This document shows positions 33,759 to 40,866 of a DNA stretch of 40,866 nt, one piece after another. A model generated the notes under the pieces. The model searched no databases and had not been told where the DNA came from. It was given only the letters and a program-made list of their open reading frames with translations. The position numbers were made by a program, and so were the translations under genes. The stretch comes from a virus. Lineage: Duplodnaviria > Caudoviricetes. The stretch is from positions 1 to 40,866 of IMG/VR virus record IMGVR_UViG_3300045187_000097, one strand, 5' to 3'. Positions within the stretch are counted from its first letter, which is position 1; each line of letters opens with the position of its first letter.

Positions 33759-35637
33759 TACATTTACGATTAATAATTTAACTGGCTTAAAATCTAATAA
33801 AATAGTTATTAACCTTGATCTTAATGATGGTTTAAATGTCATTTATGGTAATAATAGTGTCGGAAAATCAACAATATTAGATTTATTAGCTTATTCACTT
33901 GGTGCTGAAAATATTAATTTTAAACCTGCTGCTTTGGCTTGTGACTTCATATTTTCTGAAGTCAAAATTCAAGAATCAATAATTACTGTTAAGAGGGAAA
34001 TTAAAAACTCTAGAGCTCCTCTTTTAATTTTTTTTGGTAGTGTTAAGGAATCTCTAAAATCACCAGAGAATGAATGGCTGAAACTGCCTTATAACTCTAC
34101 AGAAGAAAAAGCAGGTTTCTCTAAATTTTTTTTAGACTATTTAAATTACCCTTCAACTGTTTCTACTGAATCAAGTATTACTACTCATCAAATTTTACGA
34201 CTATTATATGCAGAACAAAAAAATAATTATTTACCGATTTATAGAGAAGATCCTTGGGATAACTCTGAGAAAAGAACCGCAATTAGGGATTATATACTAG
34301 GTATATTTAGTGGTGAATTATATGAGTTACAATTAGAGCGTAGAAGAACTGATAAAGAATTAGTTTCTACTATTAATCGCATTCAATCCTTTTTCCAAAT
34401 TATTGGTAGAACCTCTGAACACTTAATTGAAGAATTTTTAATTTCTGAAAAGTTTGACTTAGAAAAACGAAAAAATGAAATACTTGAAAAAATATATAAT
34501 TTGAACAGAGAGATTACTACAATAAATGCATCTAATAATCAGACTGATGAACAAACTAAAGTAAAAAATGAACTAAGTGCACTTAACAAAGGAGCGCTTT
34601 CAATTGAAGATAAGTTAAATGATATAAAATATGAAAATACGGATTTAGATAAATTTAAGGCTGAGTTGAATGTTAGACTTATCGATATAGATCATGCAAT
34701 TAGTTCTAATTTAATAATAAATGATATAGATTTTGAGTTTTGCCCTTGTTGTCATGAAAAAATAATAAAATCCACAAATATTAATACATGTAATCTGTGT
34801 AAAAGTCCTACTGGATCCTTGAATAACAATATAAATTTACTACAAATGAAAACTGAATTGAATTTTCAAATTCAAGAGATTGAAAAAATTATAAAAGATA
34901 ATATTAGTAATTATAATGGTTTAAATAACGAATACATTGTTATTAAAAAAAACTTAAATAAGAAAGAGCAAGAGCTTAAGCTACTAACATCAAGATGGCA
35001 TACTGATTTTGAAATTGAGAGTATAAAAGCATATAAAGAACTTGGCGAAATTGAAACTGAAATTTCTAGTATCTCTTCTAAATTAGAAATAGCCCAAGAA
35101 GTAAAGAAACTACAAACTCTTCGAGATAACCTTCAAAAAAATCTCAACAGTATTAATGATAAAATAAAAATATTACAAGATCATTCTAAAAAAGAATTGT
35201 ATCGTTTGTTAGATAAATTAAACAAAACGCTTAAATATTTATTATCTCTAGATACTGGATTACAAACAGAATTTATGGATCCAGATAATCATATTTCCAT
35301 AATATTTGAAGATAACAATATAACAGTTAATGGCACCAGTCATTTTTCCCAAAGTTCATCTATCTTACTAAAGCATCTCTTTCATTTAGCTTTAATATTA
35401 GTTGCTAATGATGAAACATCTATGCGTTTACCTAAGTTTTTAATATTAGATGGTATTAATGATGGAGGATTAGAACAATCTCGTGCTGAAAATTTACAGG
35501 CCATTATTGTTAAGGTATCTCAAATGATGAAACCACCTTTTCAAATAATTTGTGCCACCTCCGAAATTTATAATCCTATGAAACCATTTATTACTAAACA
35601 ATATCTTAATGGAGAAAAATCTCTAGACTTAAGATAA
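33745..35637 (+). CDS. LmuB-like SMC/Rad50-type ABC ATPase
   Basis: Walker A GNNSVGKST, YAEQ Q-loop, coiled coils around CPCC/CNLC hook, FSQSS signature, Walker B FLILDG.NDGG. Confidence 0.85.
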   Translation: MTTYNTFTINNLTGLKSNKIVINLDLNDGLNVIYGNNSVGKSTILDLLAYSLGAENINFKPAALACDFIFSEVKIQESIITVKREIKNSRAPLLIFFGSVKESLKSPENEWLKLPYNSTEEKAGFSKFFLDYLNYPSTVSTESSITTHQILRLLYAEQKNNYLPIYREDPWDNSEKRTAIRDYILGIFSGELYELQLERRRTDKELVSTINRIQSFFQIIGRTSEHLIEEFLISEKFDLEKRKNEILEKIYNLNREITTINASNNQTDEQTKVKNELSALNKGALSIEDKLNDIKYENTDLDKFKAELNVRLIDIDHAISSNLIINDIDFEFCPCCHEKIIKSTNINTCNLCKSPTGSLNNNINLLQMKTELNFQIQEIEKIIKDNISNYNGLNNEYIVIKKNLNKKEQELKLLTSRWHTDFEIESIKAYKELGEIETEISSISSKLEIAQEVKKLQTLRDNLQKNLNSINDKIKILQDHSKKELYRLLDKLNKTLKYLLSLDTGLQTEFMDPDNHISIIFEDNNITVNGTSHFSQSSSILLKHLFHLALILVANDETSMRLPKFLILDGINDGGLEQSRAENLQAIIVKVSQMMKPPFQIICATSEIYNPMKPFITKQYLNGEKSLDLR

Positions 35638-35680
35638 AAGGTAATTTTTTCTTGCATTAAATTACCTTTTTGGTAATACT
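35636..35680 (+). promoter_or_regulatory. Left operator OL with PL
   Basis: ATTACCTTTTTGGTAAT (35661-35677) between TTGCAT (35652-35657) and AATACT; half-site AAAAGGTAAT at 35636-35645. Confidence 0.75.
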
Positions 35681-35697
35681 TATCTCACAAACAAAGA

Positions 35698-35734
35698 AAA
35701 AGCACATCGCTCTCTTACCTTCGATGTGCCTTTT
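35698..35734 (+). promoter_or_regulatory. Leader hairpin after PL (attenuator/terminator-like)
   Basis: gcacatcg-ctctcttacctt-cgatgtgc followed by ctttt. Confidence 0.45.
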
Positions 35735-35752
35735 ACAACTTGCGAGATAAGT

Positions 35753-36220
35753 ATGAACACAAAACCAAATTCAATCAATCCCATTGTTACACATCGTGTA
35801 CAGCCTTTTAGCTTCTTTAAAATCGCCACTGTTAGTGGACTATTGACCGCTGGGGCAATCGGTCTTGCTTATGACCAAAAAACGACTGAATACAAGCCAC
35901 CAGTTGCCATCCCAAATGTTACACCCTCTACTTACACTGTTGATGCTTTAAAGCTCACTTCTGGAACTTCGGGCAAAGCGGTTATCAAACTTGATAGCTT
36001 CCTAGTTTTAGTCAGCTTTGATTTTGAATCTCATCCAGATAGTTACGGCGTACCAGGTTCTGAATTTACAGCCGTTGATATTACAAATTTGGCGGTTGAA
36101 CAAATTAAAGATGTGAACGGTAAAGATTGGAATGATTTCACCGATTACAACGATCACAGAAATATCAATCAGATGATTGTTGGTTATATCGAACGTAATC
36201 GATTAGTGGAGGCAAACTAA
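35753..36220 (+). CDS. Hypothetical early protein with an N-terminal hydrophobic segment
   Basis: First gene after PL; start probably at ATG 35753. Confidence 0.7.
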   Translation: MNTKPNSINPIVTHRVQPFSFFKIATVSGLLTAGAIGLAYDQKTTEYKPPVAIPNVTPSTYTVDALKLTSGTSGKAVIKLDSFLVLVSFDFESHPDSYGVPGSEFTAVDITNLAVEQIKDVNGKDWNDFTDYNDHRNINQMIVGYIERNRLVEAN

Positions 36221-36522
36221 TGACCTCTATTCCTCAAAAGAAAACTGAATTTATCAGCAATGAAAACGGCGAATTCCGCATGCGTATCTATTCATACGAA
36301 TACATCCAAAAAGATGGCGAAATTTATCGAGTAAGTAAATCTGGCTATTTGTTTCTGATCGATTTCGCAGAGCACTTAGAGAAGCCTTGGATTCGCATTA
36401 GCTTTGAACGTGAACGTAAATTTCAAAAGCGTAAAGCATTGGCTATTGGACTTCAAAATTCAAATATCCCCTCTTATGAACGTCGTGCGTTTAAAAAACG
36501 TATGGGCTGGGTTGGAGCATAA
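36220..36522 (+). CDS. Hypothetical early protein
   Basis: TAATG coupling; GGAGG RBS. Confidence 0.7.
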   Translation: MTSIPQKKTEFISNENGEFRMRIYSYEYIQKDGEIYRVSKSGYLFLIDFAEHLEKPWIRISFERERKFQKRKALAIGLQNSNIPSYERRAFKKRMGWVGA

Positions 36523-36524
36523 TC

Positions 36525-37307
36525 ATGACAAATTCGAATAATACAAATATGGACCTTTGGAATTCTTTATGCATAACAGATCCAAAGAAAGTTAAGCCGA
36601 TTACAGGTAAATCTTATAAAGGCTCATCACCTCAACCCTATTGGTTAGTTCAACGTGCTACAGAAACTTTTGGTCCTTGTGGTCAAGGTTGGGGAATTGA
36701 AATAGTTCAACAAGGTTTTCAGCAATGTAATACCGAAACAATGATGCATTATGCGACAGTCCGTGTTTGGTATATGCAAGACGGTAAAAAGTGTTCAGTA
36801 GAACACATGGGCGGAACAATGGCTATGTATAAAACCAGTACAGGTAAAATGATTTACGACGAGGATGCCCCTAAAAAATCAGTCACAGATGCAATGGTTA
36901 AGGCACTTAGTTTTATTGGTTTTGCTGGCGATATTTTCTCAGGCATTTGGGATGACTGGAAATATCAGGAAATGGCTGCAGCTCATTACAATGAACAAAA
37001 ACAACAGCCCTCTCAAAATCAAAATAATCAACAAAACTCTAGGCAGACTCAACAACCTAATAGCAATCAAAACAACCAAACTAATGGTCAGCAACAAAAA
37101 CCTTTGGCTCAGCGTTTTAACGATGCACTTTTAGCTATAAAAGATGCCAAAAATCCTCAAACCCTTGATAAGGCAATCAACACGTTTAAAGGTACTCAAT
37201 ATGAGATTGGTATTTCGAATGCATGTCGTGCTCGAGCTGATCAAATGGGATGGAATACAGCACCACCGATTAACCAAGTTCAACAACAAAATCAAATGCA
37301 GCACTGA
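36525..37307 (+). CDS. Rad52/Sak-like single-strand annealing protein
   Basis: ETFGPCGQGW, KKSVTDAMVKALSFIGFAGDIFSG; Q/N-rich linker. Confidence 0.65.
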   Translation: MTNSNNTNMDLWNSLCITDPKKVKPITGKSYKGSSPQPYWLVQRATETFGPCGQGWGIEIVQQGFQQCNTETMMHYATVRVWYMQDGKKCSVEHMGGTMAMYKTSTGKMIYDEDAPKKSVTDAMVKALSFIGFAGDIFSGIWDDWKYQEMAAAHYNEQKQQPSQNQNNQQNSRQTQQPNSNQNNQTNGQQQKPLAQRFNDALLAIKDAKNPQTLDKAINTFKGTQYEIGISNACRARADQMGWNTAPPINQVQQQNQMQH

Positions 37308-37319
37308 GGAAAATAAAAA

Positions 37320-38639
37320 ATGAATATTTTGAATGGAAATGAAGCATTTGCGGCGTTAATGGCTGGTAAAAATATTATGTGTCGTGCTGCAGGTGGGTTG
37401 ATTGAATTTGATGATCTCGATCAATTTCCTGCAACCGTGTTCGCAATGCCTGATTATGAGTTCTGTATCAAGATAGATGAGATCTCAATAAATGGCTACA
37501 CATTCTTAAAACCTTATTCATTGGAAGAACTTTCAGCAGGTCAAGACATTTTTTTACTTGGTAATACTGGGACCATTGTCAAAGGTCAATTTATTCCTGA
37601 TTATGAAGAACTGGTATTAGCAGTAAAAAATGGATCTGTTCAACGTGATTTTGATAATGCTCAGAATCAAGCGAAAGCAATGCAAAGCTTATTGGGCATT
37701 ACCAATGATTTAGTTTTAAAAGTTGTAGATTTTCATGAGTTCATGAAACCTGCAGCAAAATCTAAAAAAACTACACGTAAAAAATCCAGTGATTGTCAGA
37801 CTGAAAATTTAACGTCTGAGGTAAATGCTCATAAAAATGATCAGGTAAACATAACTGATCCAGCGCCTAAAACACGCCCTGCTTTTACAGTAGATGAAGT
37901 TGCTGAAATTGAATCAGATCCAACTTTAATAATTGAAAAATTTGCTGCGCAGATTGCAAGCTGTACGACTACAGAAGCTGTACTTTCATTACGCCCGGTG
38001 TTTTTTGCTAACGGAAATTTACAGCGTGAGCACACTCAACATTTATGTAAATTAACTGAAGAAAAATTACTTGAGTTAGATCCTAAACAATATGCCCCTA
38101 AAGCAACAAATCTTGATTATCAAATTTATATTGATGGTATTAATGCATGTAACTCTGAGGAAGAAATTAACACCACCCTTTATGATTTGAATGATCAGGG
38201 TTTTAGTGAAGAACAAATTTCAGAAATTACCCTTGCAAAAAAATCAAAACTTAATGAGTTTCAAACGAATGCATTAATAAATATTGAGGAAAAACAATAC
38301 AATAAATTGCTTTCAGAACTTCTTGAGCGCGCAGGAAAAGCCAATTCACCTGCAGAAGCAAATGCCTTGTATAAGTATACGACGAGTTGGTCTGAAGATC
38401 AGCGCAAACCGTTGGTTTTAGCGATTCATAAAAGATTAGCTGAACTGAGCCCACCTGAAAAATCTCAATCATCTTTGATGGTTCGTATTCAAGAATCAAA
38501 GACATTGATTGATCTTGCAAAGCTTGAAGAGGAAATAATCCAGTGCGACCCGGCTATTCATGAACGTTTATTGAGTTATGCAAATCAGAGACGGACTGAT
38601 TTAACAATGGCGACTGACACACCTTGGGAGACAAAATAA
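37320..38639 (+). CDS. Hypothetical phage protein with repeated helical units
   Basis: 439 aa; GAGGA RBS; recurring I..C.(T/S).E..  helical pattern. Confidence 0.75.
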   Translation: MNILNGNEAFAALMAGKNIMCRAAGGLIEFDDLDQFPATVFAMPDYEFCIKIDEISINGYTFLKPYSLEELSAGQDIFLLGNTGTIVKGQFIPDYEELVLAVKNGSVQRDFDNAQNQAKAMQSLLGITNDLVLKVVDFHEFMKPAAKSKKTTRKKSSDCQTENLTSEVNAHKNDQVNITDPAPKTRPAFTVDEVAEIESDPTLIIEKFAAQIASCTTTEAVLSLRPVFFANGNLQREHTQHLCKLTEEKLLELDPKQYAPKATNLDYQIYIDGINACNSEEEINTTLYDLNDQGFSEEQISEITLAKKSKLNEFQTNALINIEEKQYNKLLSELLERAGKANSPAEANALYKYTTSWSEDQRKPLVLAIHKRLAELSPPEKSQSSLMVRIQESKTLIDLAKLEEEIIQCDPAIHERLLSYANQRRTDLTMATDTPWETK

Positions 38640-38878
38640 TGAATACACCATTAGATTTAAATTCTGTTTTATTTGCACAGCTTGAACGATTAAGTGCTAC
38701 AGATCTCAAAGGTGAAGAGCTTCAGGCAGAACTTCAAAAGGCAGACGCTATTGAAAAAATAAGTGAACAGGTTATTAAAAATAACAACATGCGTTTAAGT
38801 GCTGCAAAATTAGTTGCTGAATACAGAGGCTTAAAAAATGCCGATTCAGTTGAAATTCCGCAAAATTTAATTGGGTGA
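38639..38878 (+). CDS. Hypothetical protein
   Basis: TAATG coupling; LNSVLFAQLERL motif; precedes the HNH gene. Confidence 0.7.
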   Translation: MNTPLDLNSVLFAQLERLSATDLKGEELQAELQKADAIEKISEQVIKNNNMRLSAAKLVAEYRGLKNADSVEIPQNLIG

Positions 38879-38881
38879 TTT

Positions 38882-39484
38882 ATGCCAAAGGGATCAGCAA
38901 TAAAATATACCCCAGAGCAATTAGATTTCATTAAATCAAACTGCTCATTGGGGCGAAAAGAATTAACGGAATTGGTTAACACCAAATTTAATGAACAATT
39001 TAGTGTTGATCAGATCAAGTCATTATGCACTCGTAATAAATGGAATACTGGTCGAACAGGTTGTTTTCAGAAAGGATCTGTTCCATGGAATACTGGCACC
39101 AAAGGGCTTACTTCAGCGAATAAAACAAGCTTCAAGAAAGGACGTCCTACATGGAATGCTAAACCTCTAGGTTATGAGCGGATATGCTCTAAAGATGGAT
39201 ATGTTTTAGTAAAAATAGGTGAACCAGGTAAATTTGGATTAAAGCATAGAATTGTTTGGGAAAAAGTTAATGGACCAATTCCAGAAGGACAAGTAATTGC
39301 ATTTAAAAACCAGGATAAAACAGATTGTCGAATAGAGAATTTGATTCTAATGAGCAAAGCTGAAATGGTTCGGTATAGCCAAAGTTTTCACAAACTTGCA
39401 ACACCTCAAAACAATGAATCTTGTTTGTTAATGGCAAAGATTAAAAATGTTAAACATCAATTAAATAAAAAGGTGAATGCATGA
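38882..39484 (+). CDS. HNH endonuclease-family protein
   Basis: FQKGSVPWNTG/FKKGRPTWN repeats, KHRIVWEKVNGPIP...NQDKTDCRIENL. Confidence 0.8.
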   Translation: MPKGSAIKYTPEQLDFIKSNCSLGRKELTELVNTKFNEQFSVDQIKSLCTRNKWNTGRTGCFQKGSVPWNTGTKGLTSANKTSFKKGRPTWNAKPLGYERICSKDGYVLVKIGEPGKFGLKHRIVWEKVNGPIPEGQVIAFKNQDKTDCRIENLILMSKAEMVRYSQSFHKLATPQNNESCLLMAKIKNVKHQLNKKVNA

Positions 39485-39562
39485 AAGTTATTCTTAAAAT
39501 TCATCCTTTAATAAGTACGACATATTTAATTTGGGATGAGCTGAATAAATGGAGGAAGATTG

Positions 39563-39850
39563 ATGGGTATTCTTAAATATATTATCACTGTCGAAAGCGA
39601 TAGTCCTCCACAAGTAATGCTCGGTCAAAATATTGGTGGTGGAATTGTTAAAGAATTGAAGGAAGTGGAAGTTGAATTAGTTTCTGCAGCACAGCTCGCC
39701 GAAAAATACAGTCTATCCACCACGACAATTAGAGACCGTCTCGCATCAATAGATCAAGGTACACCTGGCAAAGCGTTATACAACCCTCGCTTAGCCCATG
39801 ATTTACTCAGCACTAAAAATAAAAAAAGAGGCAGACCGAGAGCTAATTAG
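39563..39850 (+). CDS. Excisionase-like DNA-binding protein
   Basis: VSAAQLAEKYSLSTTTIRDRL HTH, basic RGRPR tail; convergent with the integrase. Confidence 0.65.
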   Translation: MGILKYIITVESDSPPQVMLGQNIGGGIVKELKEVEVELVSAAQLAEKYSLSTTTIRDRLASIDQGTPGKALYNPRLAHDLLSTKNKKRGRPRAN

Positions 39851-40866
39851 CTCTCACTGTCATTAAACATCTCAACTAAATCCTGCGCATCCGGATTGTA
39901 ATAAGTGTTAATTAATATCCCAATTGTCTTATGTCCCGTAATTTTTGCTAAAACCTCAACCGGTAATTTGCGAACCTTAACCATCCTAGTAATAGCTTCA
40001 TGTCGAGTATCATGAAAGTTGATTTCAGGAAGTTTTGCTTTTTTCTTAACCCTCATCCACATTGCACAAAATATATTCTTATCAATTGGCAATAATTTGT
40101 CATTTTCTGCAGGTATCAATGAGAGCAAGCGTTTGGCTTCTTTTGAAAGTGGTACGTTACGAGACTCACCGTTTTTAGTCATTGGCAAATGAATAAAACC
40201 ATCACGTAAGTCTGCTCTACGCATAGATAATATCTCACCCTGCCTCATTGCTGTTTCAAGAGCAAACAAAAAAGCCCACGCGACATATTGTCTAGAACTG
40301 ACAGGTGTTGTTGTACTGTCCCACTGCAACACTTTCAATAGAGTTTCTTGTTGTTCTGGAGAAATTCTTTGATCTCGTGATTTTTCTTTATTTGGCATTG
40401 TTACTGAGTGCCAAACGTTAGACTCAATTAAAAACAACTCTTTCATTGCATAGGTAAACACTGCAGAATAAATTGCATGTTCATTTCTTAATGTAGCTAC
40501 TTTAACTTCTTTTTTTCTATTATTGCGCCATTCTGCAATATCTGCAGGCTTAAAATCATAAATTGACTTTTCAGCCAGGTTTGGAGCGATACGGTCTAAG
40601 TTTTTTATTTTAAAGTTGATGGTACGTGCCGATCGCATATGTCGACCATGTTCTTCATAATATTTATTACATAATTGTCGAAATGGATAAGCAGGTTTTA
40701 TACCTTGTTCAAAATCAGCTTTACCAGTTTTAAGTTCAAGTAGCTTAAGTGATGCCCATTGTTCACATTCTTTTGCAGTATCTCTGGTCGCTGAATATCT
40801 CTTATTATCAAAAGTTACAGTTATACGCCAACTTGATCCACGTTGTATTGGTTTTGGAAGCTTCAT
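39847..40866 (-). CDS. int: Tyrosine recombinase / phage integrase
   Basis: Catalytic R (AMRQGE), K (TKNG), HDTRH, GHK, Y (TYYNP). Confidence 0.95.
   Translation of the reverse strand: MKLPKPIQRGSSWRITVTFDNKRYSATRDTAKECEQWASLKLLELKTGKADFEQGIKPAYPFRQLCNKYYEEHGRHMRSARTINFKIKNLDRIAPNLAEKSIYDFKPADIAEWRNNRKKEVKVATLRNEHAIYSAVFTYAMKELFLIESNVWHSVTMPNKEKSRDQRISPEQQETLLKVLQWDSTTTPVSSRQYVAWAFLFALETAMRQGEILSMRRADLRDGFIHLPMTKNGESRNVPLSKEAKRLLSLIPAENDKLLPIDKNIFCAMWMRVKKKAKLPEINFHDTRHEAITRMVKVRKLPVEVLAKITGHKTIGILINTYYNPDAQDLVEMFNDSES

Larger units (their letters stand above)
1..40866. mobile_element. Lambdoid siphovirus prophage, partial (continues beyond the left edge)
   Basis: Canonical order int-xis-early left-cI/cro-O-Q-terminase-head-tail. 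Confidence 0.97.

Noticed and set aside
33745-35637. ATPase as SbcC/RecN or Wadjet JetC
   Set aside because: No SbcD nuclease or JetD partner, too short for JetC, and the neighbours fit ABC-three-component/Lamassu.
39481-39576. 31-aa ORF coupled to the HNH gene (MKVILKIHPLIST...)
   Set aside because: ATGA overlap is suggestive, but it is too short and featureless to support; possibly a remnant.
39847-40866. att site or tRNA target near the integrase; lysis cassette
   Set aside because: The window ends at the integrase start and within tail J, so neither is visible.

Overview
The window is most of a lambdoid (long non-contractile tail) temperate prophage. Gene content and the AT-rich sequence suggest an Acinetobacter host; this is an inference. 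Reading right to left: tyrosine integrase (start codon at the window edge) and a convergent excisionase-like gene, an early-left operon (Rad52/Sak-like annealase, HNH), the cI/cro/cII immunity region with 17-bp operators, an O-like replication initiator with iterons, Q antiterminator, a ~7 kb accessory zone (xseAB, cold-shock protein, GNAT, lipoproteins, duplicated pR'-like promoter), then packaging, head, neck and tail genes down to a tail-tip J gene cut by the left edge. No lysis cassette or att site is visible. The most striking element is a four-gene Lamassu/ABC-three-component-like defence operon in the lambda rexAB position (32496-35637). Its LmuA-like protein has no recognisable enzymatic effector domain. 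Instead it shares an 18-aa motif (SQKNIxAGGDVAGGNIDK; 52/54 nt identical) with the C-terminus of an upstream 62-aa glycine-zipper membrane peptide, which suggests RHIM/amyloid-like homotypic signalling to a separate membrane effector. Other notable items are a probable type I toxin-antitoxin-like locus in the tail region, the lambda-type GGGAAAG -1 frameshift, and phage-borne exonuclease VII. All family assignments come from motif recognition and synteny, not database searches.
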